Source: the human T2T-CHM13v2.0 reference genome, Homo sapiens. From it: a stretch of 64,000 nucleotides of DNA. A program made the translations under genes and the position numbers. Position 1 is the stretch's first letter, and every line of letters starts with the position of its first letter. Under the pieces are notes generated by a model. The model saw only the letters and a program-made list of their open reading frames with translations, was not told the origin of the DNA and did not search any database. The DNA lies in NCBI RefSeq assembly GCF_009914755.1, contig NC_060925.1. The stretch is one strand, 5' to 3'. Shown here one piece after another: positions 15,790 to 29,984 of the stretch.

Positions 15790-16418
15790 CATTATGGCAG
15801 TTCTAAACTTGTTTGCAGATTCTTTGACATTCCTCCTATTGAGAAGAGGGGACATTTCTCCTATTTTCCCTCCCTTTGAACGTGTGCTTACCTTGTTGAC
15901 TTACTTCTAACCCATATAGTGCAGGAGAAGCAATAGTGTGACTTATAAAAGCTGGGTCATAAAAGAATAATACAGCTTCAACCTTGTTTACTGAGATACT
16001 CTAATTCGGAGATCTGAGTCACCATACAAGAAGTTCAACTATCGTGCTTACGTCAGCAGCACATATACTAAAACTGAAAGAAGTTCAACTATCGTGAAGC
16101 ACAATGCTGTGAGAAAGCCCAGGCCAAACGTAGAAGCCGTACATAGTATTCACAGCAGTAGTATCTTCATGTGAAATCTGAACCAATGGCCAGCATATGT
16201 AAAGATTCCTCCAGATGATACCAGCCCCATCCGTTGAGTCACCCCCAGTGGTCAGTGATCCCAGCTGAGGCCTCAGGCATCCTGGGGCAGAGATAAGCCA
16301 TTTCTTTTGTTACCTGTTTAAATTTGCGATCCATGAAATTTCTAAACATCAAAAACTGATTGTTTTAAGAGGCTAAAGTTTAGAGTAATTTGCTAGGCAG
16401 CAATAGATAAGTGGAACA
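15790..16418 (+). mobile_element. MaLR LTR (MLT1G/H-like), host of the U6 fragment
   Basis: Ends GTAATTTGCTAGGCAGCAATAGATAAGTGGAACA. Confidence 0.7.
16044..16077 (+). pseudogene. Tailless, 3'-truncated U6 snRNA retrocopy (U6 nt 1-34)
   Basis: GTGCTTACGTCAGCAGCACATATACTAAAACTGA matches U6 GTGCTCGCTTCGGCAGCACATATACTAAAATTGG at 29/34. Flanked by the direct repeat AAGAAGTTCAACTATC. Confidence 0.88.
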
Positions 16419-16439
16419 GATATGCCGAACTGTTAAGCA

Positions 16440-17730
<1,291 letters not shown>

Positions 17731-19219
17731 AAACAACAAGGACTATGAGATTTCTGGGAAAATCTTAACCAAATGATCATATTAAATCTAAAAAATGACA
17801 CTTCTGGACTGAGACAATGTGGAAATGCTTCTATCAATAAATAAAAACATAGAAATGCTGGGCAAAACAGAACAACAGCTCAAATGCTCAGAAATTTTCA
17901 AAAAAAAAATAAAGAAAATTTCCAGGTGCTATAAGTGAAAGGGGTACTCAAAGCCATGGTGCAAGCCAAAGCTGATACTCTTGTGGTTCATGGAGATAGT
18001 GAAGTGGCTAGAAGCTCTAGGAACTGGCCATTGGAGTTTTATTGCCCACTAGGTCAAAAGATGTTGCCTTAGGCACACACAAAAAGAGTAACGGTGATGG
18101 ATACTTGTGCATTAAACTTGCAGTCTAAAAACTGAATATCAATGAAAAGGGTACTAGAAGTATCCAACCTTCATCCTTGGCCAATGGCAGAAAAGAAGTT
18201 TGTCATTTGGTGGTAAAGGTAGGGAAAAAAAAAAAAAAAGTTCGAGAAATCACATCTCCAAGCCTGGAACTTACAGAAATATGGGATCAAATGTACAGTG
18301 TGAGACTTCAAGCAGAGCAATTGATATAGACACTTGTCTGGCTAGTTAAACCCCTTTGTCAGATACAAATGCAAATTCTTATGATGGTCATGCTTTCATA
18401 ACCCAATATTTCGCCTGAAAAAATAAACCTAAAAACTGATGTTAAAAAACTTGCAAATCACATAAGGAAATCAACTATCATAAGGGAAAGTTGGCAAATA
18501 TAAAAAAAAAAAAAAGGAAATCAGCACTCCAAAAATTTGAGGAAATAAAACAAAAAACAAAGTAATTTATCTTACTAAATTTTTAAAGGATGGAAGACTG
18601 GGAAAAGAACCAAATGGAAATTCTAGAAACAAAACATAACCATTGGGAAGTAAAACAGAAGACTATTGCGTAGCTACCTATACACAAATGAAGACAGATC
18701 TTGCAAACTGGAAAGAAATGAATAAACAACTCAAATGCAGCATAGAGAGGTTAAAAGTGTGTAAAATATAATAGTTTAAGAGACTTGTAGGATAAAATAC
18801 TTTCTAGTCCTGCTGTTATGTTTTCACCTGAATTTCTTGTCCTTGAACTCCTGTTTCAAACCCACTATTTCTTACATTCTACATCTTTCACATATTTATA
18901 TTGGTTGTTTTCCTCCAATCTCCAAGCAACTGTGTGAAAAGTTACCTCTCTCATTTTTTTTACATTGTTTCACCTTCTATTCACTTGCCTTTCCTTGATT
19001 CAGATTCCTAATATGGTTTTATTTGCCATTTACATTTTTTCTACTAATTGTTTATGTTCTTTGTTCTAATTTGTGTTTGGGTTGTCTTTCGCAAGAGCTA
19101 TTTTATGTATACCAGAGAGTAATCTTTTGTAGTACATATTGCAACATTTTTTCCAGAATATTATTTATTTTTAAATTTTGTTAGTGGAGCATTTTGCTTC
19201 ATAAATTTTAAATTTATGG

Positions 19220-19510
19220 TTTAAGACAGATCTAGTGGTGATGAATGCTTTTAGCTTTTGTTTATCTGCAAAAGCCTTTATTTTTCCGTCATTTCTGAAG
19301 AACAGGTTTGCCAGGTAAAGAATTCTTGGTTGGCAGGTTTTTTCCTCAACACTTTGAATATATCATCTTATTCTCTTCTGGCCTGCAAGATTTCTGCTGA
19401 GGAATCCCATAATAATTGAACTAGGGCTCCCTTGTATGTAGTATGTTTCTTTTCTCTTGCTGCATTCAGAATTCTTTCTTTGTCTTTGAATTTTGATAGT
19501 TTGATTAATC
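19220..19510 (-). mobile_element. Old L1 ORF1 fragment
   Basis: Translates IKLSKFKDKERILNAAREKK...SAEILQARRE. Confidence 0.8.
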
Positions 19511-19594
19511 TCTCACTGAACTCTTCCTTGCGTTGAATTGATGGTACATAAGGAGAACTCATTTTTTTTAACACTAGAAACATTTTGTTTTGTA

Positions 19595-20415
19595 TTACAA
19601 GCAGAACAATGGTTCCTCAAATATGCCCATGTCCTAATCCTTGAAATCTGTGAATATATTGCTTTACATGGCAAAAAGGAATTTGCATATGTGATTAAAG
19701 TTAGGAAATTTTATTTTATAATTTCAAAATTTATTTTATAATTTCAACATTTATTTTAGATTAAGGAATATGCACGTAGGTTTGTTACATGGCTATATCG
19801 TGTAATGCTGAGGTTTAGGGGTGAATGATCCCATCACTCAGGTAGTGAGCACTGTACCCAATAGGTACTTTTTCATCCCTTGCTCTTCTCCTCTCCTCCC
19901 TCTAGTAGTCCCCAGTGTGTATTGTTCCCATATTTATGTCACGTTTACCCAGTGCTTAGCTCCCGCTTATAAGTGTGAACATGCCATATTTGGTTTTCTT
20001 CTCCTGTCTTAATTCACTTAGGATAATAGCCTGATTATGAAATTTTAGATGGGGAGATTATCCTGGATTTTCCAGGTAGGCCCAGTTGAATCCTATGAGT
20101 TCTTAATAACAGAGAACCTTTCCAGGCTATGGTCAGAGATAGATGTGATGCTGGAAGAAGATATAGAGAAATTCTGTGTTTGTTGGTTTTCAAGATGGAG
20201 GAAGGGGACCATAAAACAAAGAGAGCAGGTGGTCTCTAACAGCTGGAAAGGGCAAATAAACGAATTCCTCCCTAGAGCCTCCAAAAAGAACCAGTCCTAC
20301 TGACACCTTGCTTTTAGCCCAATGAGACCCATGGCAGATTTATGCCTTAAGAACTATAGTAGATCTGTGTTGTTTTAGGCCACTAAGTCTGTAGTAGTTC
20401 TTATAGTAGCAGCTG
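19595..20415 (+). mobile_element. MLT1D-like LTR, interrupted by an L1 3' end
   Basis: CATGGCAAAAAGGAATTTGCATATGTGATTAA...GATGGGGAGATTATCCTGGATT. Confidence 0.82.
19714..20034 (-). mobile_element. Short L1PA15/16-like 3' end
   Basis: GATCCCATCACTCAGGTAGTGAGC signature; TSD TTA(G/T)GAAATTTTA. Confidence 0.8.
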
Positions 20416-22039
20416 TGTACTAGCTGCAGTCTGAGAGAAGCGGAGTTATGATATTGACATGTAGCCCTGCCGTAAAAAAATATTTCCACACTTAAAATTG
20501 CATAAATTTATTTTTGGTTCTCAACCTTTTAGAATCAACCTACATATAATGTAAAATAAGACTAAAATATGGTTACAGAACAGAAGATAAACATTAATGA
20601 TCCAAATGACAGAAATTACAAGGTGGAAGACGTAACAGATGGAAGAGGGCCTCTGTCTTACAAAATTAGAGCTCAGAGACATCACTGAACGTTAATAGAA
20701 CAAGAAAGAGATATTTAAGTAGGTATGAAGTTACACAAAGGTATCCACAAAAGAACTAAAGATATTGGTGTTGACTATTAAAAATAATTAGGATGAAGAA
20801 GGAGAGGGGGACTTGGGGATATAAGATAATATCTAGAAAGGAAAAATCAGCAAATAGCAATATGAATGTAATTGAGTCACAAAGTTTATTTCACATTTCA
20901 CTCAGGGCAGAGAAAATGTAGCTCCTTTACTTTATCCCTTATCAGTCTGGCTTTTCTCCCAAGCCCCCACCAGCTGGCTAAGGGAGGAAATAATTAGTGT
21001 TTATACTATTCATTTTCAAGCATAATCCAGTCTGATAAATCAAGCATCTTCTTAGAAAATAGTCTCTCAGAGAACACCTCTTCCACCTGACTCTTCAACT
21101 AAGATGACATGTTTGCAGGTAGGGAGAGGGCAGGGTTTATCTGTATATCCTCATTGCATGGGGAAAAAGGTGCCTTGCCTTGTGCTGGACTTTGGGAGTG
21201 ACTGGCCAGCATCTGCAGCTGTTTGGCATAAGACCCATGTATGCCCTGCATTTTTCATTTCCTTTGTTAAGCTCTTCCACATGCCAGGCACTATGCTAGG
21301 CACTGGTCTAAGTCATTGCACTTTCCCATAAGTTATCCCAGTCTGCTTCAGGCCCCTTGAGTTCCCCTTCCTCTCAGCTTACAGCATGTTTTGTCCACAC
21401 TAGACATTTGGCTGACCACTGCAGTGGTTCTCAGGTACAATGGCTCTGAGCACATGAATGTACTGTCATCTGTTGTGAGACAGCAGTTGGTATTTAGTTA
21501 CTAATAACTAAAACACCAAAGATCCTCATTGATTTATTGTGATTTAACATTAAAGCAGATTTGAGTAATCCCTTTAACAGCATTTTCCTAGTTACTTGCA
21601 TTCTAGTACAACACACTTTCCTGCATGGGCAAAAAAAGAATGATAGCTATGGCCCCACAAATACCCAGGGGAGTGTATCACACATGAGATCACCATCATT
21701 GTGTGCGTGATTGTAGATATGTGTGGAATTGCTGACGTGCTTTTTTGAGACAGCTCCTGTATTATCACATTGCCTTTTCCTCACTGTCTGTGTCACATCA
21801 GGTAGTGTGAACCTGGCAGGCAGGGGCTGGGTCTTAGGCCTCTTTGGATCAACCTGCAGTTTCTTCACATAATATATAGTGACTGATTGCCCAAATGTTG
21901 GGCTGAGAATACTCTGAACCCATTGGCCCAATAAGGTTATAAGTGGGTGGGTAATATTAGCTGTTGATTCTGGTACACAAACCCCAAAATTTGATTTTTA
22001 CAACTGTATCAGCAGTAGCAAAAATGGAACAAGCATGGA

Positions 22040-22250
22040 CTTTAAGATAGCATCTCCCTAGAACCATATCTTGGCTCTATCATCTACTGGTTGTGTAAAA
22101 TTGAGCTAGTGACTTAGCCTCTCTGATCCCCACTCTCCTCATTTGTAAAATGGAGATTAAAAATGCTAATACAATTAAAATACATTTAGAAAGGAAAACC
22201 ATCTAGAACATGTCTTGGTTCATAGTAGGTATCCAGTGGACATTCATTCT
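22040..22250 (+). mobile_element. MIR
   Basis: GTGACTTAGCCTCTCTGA...CTCATTTGTAAAATGGAGAT core. Confidence 0.75.
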
Positions 22251-23084
22251 TTTCTCTTTCCCTCAAGGAAGACAGGTAGATAATATGCTCAGGGACACAG
22301 GGAAGATAAAACTTCAAAATCAAAAATGTGGCGTTTAGTAACTATGTACGTCCAGGATCTGGTTTTTCTTTTCTGCACCTGGCATCTGCCCTACAGTTGG
22401 ACAGACTGAGTGCCTGGGGGAGCACCCTTGAGGCTGATCTTCGGCCCAGCTCTTCTAGTCGGTCTACAGGCTTTGCTGGCTGGGCTCCCTGTGAAGACAA
22501 GTGCCCCTTTATGCCTGTTCCTTCCATTTTTAGACGGATGACTAATCCTGTCTCCGTCTGAGAGAGCAATGCTGTGTAAACTGTGGTCCTTGCCCAGATC
22601 TATGACTGTATTGCAGAATCCTGCAAGGTTCACAGGGTGCTGGCACTTCCTGAGATGGCATCACCATGGGATTAAAAGCCTGACCTGGAGTGGCCTTCCC
22701 CTGTGCACTCTACACAGGAGGCTTCATACCTGGACAGGAACACCTGGGAACACCAAGGAAACACGGAGGAAATAAGCAAAGCCAAATTCCACTCCTGTTA
22801 ACCCTTTTATCCCTTCTGAAAAATCCCCTTATATGAAACATTAGCCAAGGGTTGTTATTTTGTCTGGGTTATGGGGAAAATCATGTTATTCTAGAAAGGA
22901 AATGAAGTGGCATCTCTTGGCAGCCAATTTTGAATTCTGCATTTGAAATCACTCGAAGCACTTCTGCGGCTGGTGGAATATAGCAACTTGTTCAAAGAGA
23001 GGAACGAGAAACTCATCAAAGAATTACACCTCCTTGGGGGTAATTTTGATCATAAACAGGACAGATGCCATCTGTCTAGTATGA

Positions 23085-23640
23085 CTTCATTCATTCACTT
23101 GTTCATTCAGAAACATTACTAGGCATGTCCATTGTGAGGGCCCTGTGCTAAGTACTCCTAATACAAAGACGCTAAGACACAAAGATGGGAGACATGCATG
23201 TGAACAAAAAATTAAAGTCACATGAGATGGGTGCAATAAAAACTCATAATCAAAACACAGTGATAGCCTGGAGAAAGGGCTGTGGAAGTTGCATCAAGGA
23301 AAGAGTCAGGGAACAGTTCACAAAGAGCTGGCCTTTTGTTTAAGGATGAGTAGGTCTCCATGCATATCAATGAGGAAGGGCATACCAGTCAGAGAGAACA
23401 GCAAGTGTTCTCTTATACCCTTATGTATAGGGAGCTGCAACTAATGTTCTGTAATACTGGAACACCAGATAGCAATGAGAAAGTGGTAAGAAATTAGGTT
23501 GGAGGGTAATGCAGAGTCATATCATAAGAGGCGTGGAATGCCATACTAAGGACTTTGGACTTCATCCTGTACATTGTTGGAAACCACTGAAGGATGTTAA
23601 GTAGAGGAGAGACATGATGTGATCTGAGCTGCCTTTTAGA
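23085..23640 (-). mobile_element. L2 3' region
   Basis: TTCATTCATTCA terminus and AAGGACTTTGGACTTCATCCT motif. Confidence 0.7.
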
Positions 23641-23650
23641 GATTAGGTTG

Positions 23651-24016
23651 TGTTATGAACTGAATGTGTTCCCCAAAAATTCATAGGTTGAAATTGAATC
23701 CCCAATGTGATGGTATTTGGAGGTGGGTCCTTTGGGAGGTGATTAGGTCATGAGAGTGGAGCCCTCATAAATGGGACCATTGCCCTTATAATAAGAGGCT
23801 TGAGAGCTAACTGGCTTTCCTTCTGCCATGTGAAAATAGTAATAGTCATGTCTTCAAGTCTGTAACCTGGAAGAGACCCCTCACCAGAATCTGACTGTGA
23901 GGACACTCTGATCTCAGATGTCCAGCCTCTAGAACTGTGAGAAATAAATGTCTTGTTTATAAGCCACCCAGTCTACAGTGTCTTATTATAGCAGCTGAAG
24001 CTGACTGACTAAGGCA
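23651..24016 (+). mobile_element. MLT1A0-like solo LTR
   Basis: TGTTATGAACTGAATGTG...GACTAAGGCA; 5-bp TSD GG(T/C)TG. Confidence 0.85.
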
Positions 24017-24359
24017 GGCTGAAATCAGAAAGAAGAATGGATCCTAACAGATGAATTAAAAGAGAGTTGTTATAATCCAGTAAAGAGGTAATCAAGGCCC
24101 TAGGTAATGTGCAAAGAAGGGAATGGATTGCAGGAGTTGGAGACCATTGGATTAGCAAGCAAGAGACTCTCAGGTTTTAGGCTTGAGCAGCAGGTTTGTA
24201 TAGGGAGATAATAAGTCAGTGTGGCTGTCCAGCATGTAGTTGGAGATGTTGTTCTCAGCTTATCATAGAGGTCTGGCTGGACTGATAGGCTTACAAGTCA
24301 TTGTGCACACTACATTATCCTTAGACATAATGTGATCATTTCCAAGGGGAGCAAAAAGA

Positions 24360-24600
24360 GCAGAGGTTACAAATGGACAACCCAAGGCCAAATACAGCAG
24401 CAGATATGTTTGGTTTGGCCTGCATAATGCCTTGAAATATTTAAATTCATTGCCAACATTTAAAAGTTGGGGGACATATTAAAGAAAATCTAAAGTTTTA
24501 GCTCTTCCAAAAAAATCAGATCTGGCAATGCTGGGCCCACATTCTCACATAGCAAAAATGAGCATCCAGTTCAACACTTGTGTTTCCCTATCCAGCTTCA
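24360..24600. mobile_element. hAT-Charlie non-autonomous element remnant
   Basis: TTGCCAACATTTAAAA and AAAATCAGATCTGGCAA motifs. Confidence 0.5.
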
Positions 24601-24669
24601 CTCACTTACACTGCCTGTTGGCCCCTGTAGGTCTGAGTTTGCAAAGAGAGGGCTACAGAAGAACAATAA

Positions 24670-25267
24670 TAAAGAGGCTTTAGCAATAGAAGGCCCCCCA
24701 CAAAAATGTCCATGGCCAAATCCCCAGAATCTGTGAATAGCTTATGAGGCACGGCAAAGAGCAAATGAAGACAGCAGATGAGATTAAGGCTGCTCATCAG
24801 CTGACCTTAAAACAGGGAGAGTATTCTGGCTTCCCCAAGTAGGCCCAATATCATCACAAAAATCTTTAAGGAGGACTTGGCCCGGATGTTGCTGGCTTTG
24901 AAGATGGAAGAATAGAAGAACCTTAAAAATGAAAAAGGGAGGAAGAAAAGCAGGTAGAGAAAGAGTTGTGAGTACAGAAGCGCAGTCAGAGCAGTGCGAT
25001 GCAAGAAAGACTTGGCCAGCCATTACGGGTTTTGAAGATGGAAGAGGACCACGAACTGAGAATGTGGGCAGCCTCTAGAAGCTGGGAAAGGGAAGGAAAC
25101 ATTCTCCTCTAGAGGCTCCAGAAGGAATGCAGCCCAGCCAACACCTAGATTTTAGCCCAGTCAGCCCTGGATGGAACTTCTAACCTACCAAATTATAAGA
25201 TAGCAACTTTGTGTGACTTCAAGCCACTAAGTTTGAGGTAGTTTAGCAACCCTAGAAAACTAATGCA
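24670..25267 (+). mobile_element. MLT1D/E-like LTR
   Basis: CAGCTGACCTTAAAACAGGGAGA and GGCAGCCTCTAGAAGCTGG motifs. Confidence 0.8.
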
Positions 25268-27009
25268 TGGCTGGTGGGAAAGCAGAAGCCAGGGGAAGAG
25301 ATTGACAAAAAACCAGAAAGAGAGGAGAGAACCAGGAATGCAGTTAGAGAATCAAGACATGGCCCATTTTCAAGAATGAGATACCATCAAATGACACTGA
25401 GATGTCAAGTCCAGTTATGATGGCAAATGATGAACTGTATCAATGATCAAACCTAGAGGCACATCAGAATCACCCAAGGACATTGTCAGAAAGACCAATT
25501 CCCAGGTTCACTGCAGGCTACTGCTCTAGACTCTGATATACAGCCAGTGAGATGGGCTGGTGTTTTATTAGCTAAATGAGCACTTCACACTGTTGACTTA
25601 ATAATGCCCACTTTTAAGGCTCCTTGTGGCCTTTTAACAGAAGAAAACCCATTTAAAATTTAATAGCACATTCTATTAAAGCCATTTATCTGAACTTTTT
25701 GTCCTTATGTAGATAATAAACTCCTTGCAGGTTGTAGGCGCTTGCTAAATATTTGTTGAATAGATAAATGAATGTAACCATTCAAGGACTCTATTGTTTT
25801 CTAAAGCTAGCAGAATGAGCAGAGATCTTTTCTCTCGTAAGCTCCTATAAATTAAACAATTCAAGCTATTTAATGCACGTTCACTTGTTACATGGATGGG
25901 GTTCTAATTTTCTACTTAAAGACTGCAATCCTCTGCTCCTTGCCAGCTCATCAGAACCAGCCAGGATTAATTCCCAGAGGAGCTCTTGGACCAGATAACA
26001 GAGCACCTCCTTTCACAGTCCCACTCCTGAAATGGTCTTTAATAATAATATGCTAGCCCATATAAAATGAAATCCATCTCTATCCTAATCCTGGGTGTTG
26101 CAGAGCATATTCCCAGTTCAACACCTAAAGATCTAACATTAGAGACTGGCCTCTGATACTTGCTGAGCTAAAAGAAGCAGTCTTGTGGTCAAGGGGAGAA
26201 GGCTGAGGCACAATAGCCATCCTCCTTGGAGGCTTGGCCTACTTATAAACGTCAAAACATGACATCATGTGGGCCCCGGACATGCTAGATGATGAAAGCC
26301 TGATCTACTTTGCCACATGGGAAAAGTTGCCAAGGCTAAGGAGAATCTGTGCTGTGCTGCCACAGTCCCACTGCAAGAGAAGAATTCCAAATAGTCTGTG
26401 AATAGAAGGCTAGAATTCCAAGCCACACTTTTAGCAAAAGGAAGCCCCATGAACTGAGATCCAGAGGGTAGAGTCTGGGAAAATGAGGGACATCCTGCCT
26501 TCTATGAGGAAGGGGGGCTCAACGACTGCGTGGATTGAATGAGTGGGTGAAAGGGAGAGCTATATGCGTTCATGTCAGTGATGTCAGAGAAAACTGTAAC
26601 AACGGTGAAAGAGTCGAGACAGAAACCAGGTGGCAGTGGGTTAAGAATATGCTTCAGAAAGTCTCAGACAAGATGGGAAAGTAGGTCAGGGTGCTAGGAA
26701 GAAATGCCATAATGAAGGAAGATTTCTGTTTTGTTTGTTTAGTTGAATACTTGGTTTTTATTTTTAGGATTAGAGACTTGAGCAAATATATTATCTGAGA
26801 AAGGGAGAGTCTTAAAACATAGGAAATAAAATGAAAGCAACAAAGATGAAGGTAAGGTGAAGAGATGGGATCAACACTAGTCATAGATGGGGTTAGTCAA
26901 TAACTAGTTATTGAGCACTTACTGTGTGCCAGACACAGTCTTAAGTCTGGGAATAAACAACACAGACAGACATAGTCCTTTCCTAGTGACATTTACAGTC
27001 CAGATAAAG

Positions 27010-27610
27010 TATATTTCCAGTCCTCTTTAGTTGCAAGTAAAATAAACTCTACCAGCTTAAGAGAAAAGGAGAACTGACCAACCCATGTAACTGAAAAAAC
27101 TCAGGAAACACTGCCTCTGAAGACTCAGCAAAATGTCCTCAGGACTCTCTCTCTCCCTCTGTCTCCCTGTCCCTCTGTCTCTTCTCTACATCTTCTCTCT
27201 CCCCTTCCCGCTTCTTTCCTCTCTCTCGGCTTCACTTTCCTCTCTATTGACTTCATTCTCAGGCAGTCTGCATCCATGTGGTAGAAAAATGGTGCTCACT
27301 ATGTCCATCATTATATGGTCCTTAAGGCCCACTGTTTCAGTAAAATAAGTAGCCTGCCTTTCAATGGCTCTGTCAAGACTGGGTGGACTCTGGTTGACCC
27401 AGGCTTATGTATGTATCTCTTCTGACCCAAAAACTCTGCCCAGGGGGAAACAGTGTCTTGATTGGCCCTGAATGGTCACATGTCCACCTCTGGGGCAGGG
27501 GAGGAGTGGGGTCTATGCCAACTCAACCACATGGGCTGAGAACAGAAGAGGGTGGTTCCAAATGGCAGTTTGGGCTTCTTGGCCAGAGAAGGGACACCAG
27601 AAAGGCAGAA
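27010..27610 (-). mobile_element. Old MaLR LTR (MLT1K/L-like)
   Basis: CTTTAGTTGCAAGT start and TTGACTTCATTCTCAGGCAG motif. Confidence 0.6.
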
Positions 27611-29984
27611 AGAATATGAGTCTACTAAAGAAGGATTGCTCTTGAACAGAAAGAAGTGCCTCTTATCTCCTCAGACTAGAGGGGAGGAGGGAAGGGCTGG
27701 TGCCAAAGTAGACAACTTTGAAGATGCAGGCATGACAATGAGCCCTAGCACACTGGGTTTCTCCACAGAAGTGGAGGCCGGTGCCTGTGCAGAGAGGGTG
27801 GGAGTGGAGGTCAGTTGGGAGACTGGTGGGAAAGAGTTAAGGTTTAGAAGAGCAGCAGAGGGAATAGGAGAAGGAGCTGATAGTGACAAAAAGATTGTTA
27901 CGAGTTAACTGACTTTGAAAACCATGAATTTGTCATAGCCATAATCTGCGCAATTGTACAATTTTCTCCACAGGCTCAGTCCTGAATAATGATAGCTATG
28001 GCCATTTGTGTAGAAAGGGCACAGTGGGGAGCCCAATCTTCCTACCCATTCTGGAGCAATTAGGCTATCAGGCAGATCCCCAGGAGTTGTATTTGTACAA
28101 GGGCTCTCAAGCCTCCCAAGAGAAAAGGTGAAGAGGAACAGCAGGTGAGCTCTGTGACACAGGGTTGAGGTGACATGACCCACCACATCTCAGGAAACCC
28201 CCCACTGTAGACAGGAAACTCATTGAGTGGCCTCACATTGCCCAGTGCTCGGACTATTCTGGTCCCTGGCACATTAGAGATGACGACTGTGCAAGCTGCA
28301 CCTTTGGCTGGCGCCTGGCAAATGCTTCATGGCCCTGTCCCTTGTGCTTTTCTCCCTGTTAGCTTTCAACTGTCTTTTGTGATGTTCCTACTGAATATAG
28401 GGCACATTAAATTTGACATCTCATTTAGCCCTCTCATCACATTGATAAGATGGGTCTTATTAGCCTAATTTTGCAGAAGAGGACATTGAAGCCCACGATG
28501 CTGATAAACTTGCCCAAGGTGACACAGCTAGCAAGGAGAGGGGCTGAGGTGTGTGTAAAGACAGGCCTTTGTCTGTCACTTCCCCTCCTGCTTCCCATAA
28601 CTGGAACATCCTAGAACGGTGTTCTAGAATGAACAGCATTCCCTAAATTGGGATCCAAATATTCCTGGAGGTCCTCAAAAATATCTTCAAGGTTTGTGAG
28701 AATGTTTTCCTCCTTTAAAGAGCCTGTAGTTGAGTTCCAGAGACCTTATCCTGGAGAACAGTGCTTGCCTGTGGGGAGATGCCCACACTCAGCCCTGAGC
28801 AGGTGTGCACAGGAGCTTCAGGCATGAGTGCTGAGCTTGCTGTGGTGTGGATCACAAAGGACAGGGGCCACCCTGGCTAATGGCAGCATTACCTTTGCCA
28901 GGGGTGGGCTGGGAAGCCAGGAGAAGCATGCAGGCTGCCAAGTGGAGAATGTCAAGGACAATCATGGTTACGGCAGAAAAAAAACCATGATTGGCCCTAA
29001 AAAAGCAAGGTTGAGAGGTCTCAGAATTTTAGTATAACACTCAAGAGGCTCAGACCAAATACCATTACAAGCATTACCCACTCCTCTACTTGTCCCCAGG
29101 ACTAGGACTACCTGGAAAAATGAGAATTAACCAGGGCTGAGAAAAATATTATGTTTAAAAACAATTTATACTTTTAAAAAATCTTATTTTCTCTTAGCAA
29201 AAGCCCCTCTGGAAGGTATTATTAAGCCTATTTTATGGGAGCAGAAACTGAGCTCAGAGCAGTAAGTTTACACAGCAATCTAGTAGCAGCCACAGAAATC
29301 AATCTTAGGACCTCCCAGTTCAGGACGTTATCACTGAGCCCACTCAAAGCACATTTCCCAGCAGAACTGGAGAGATCAGTGTGGAGGTCAGTTGCTGTCT
29401 TCTTGAGTTATCTAGTTAATATACTTCCATATCAACGTGCCATTTTCCCCTTCTGTAAACAGAGTGAGTCAACAGATGCCTTACAAAGGAATATTTGCTG
29501 GTGAAAAGTAGTAGAGTAGGGCAAAGGGCTCAATGTCTCTCATTCAGATGATGGGAAATTTTCTCTGACCGCCCCACCACCAGGTGAGGCCCTCCCTTAA
29601 ATAAAGCCAAATATATCATTTGCTTTCATTGCCAAGGTAAACACAGGTCAGGCACATGGATTTTGGCTTTTGTAACAAAGGAGGGAAAATGGGACTTTGG
29701 AAAGCACTAAATGTGTTCAGCAGAAGGCCCACAATGCAGGTGCCCATCATTCAGTCCTTCCCACTGCTCTTTGTTTTCTAGACAACACTCCTCAGTGCCT
29801 GTCTGAGAAAGAGGTGGTGAACCAACCAGCAGCCCTTAGGCCAGAGTCACCTGGCTGATGTGATTTGTTTGATCTCCACAGTTGGTTTTTTGTTTTGTTT
29901 TTTTTTCCCCAATATTTAACATTTGGAAATCTTAATGTCAATATTTAACATCTGGGAAAGATCATTAAAAAATCAGATTTTCTA

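Noticed and set aside
26897-26914. 18-bp palindrome TCAATAACTAGTTATTGA
   Set aside because: It sits at an L2 3' terminus whose consensus is already quasi-palindromic and AT-rich.
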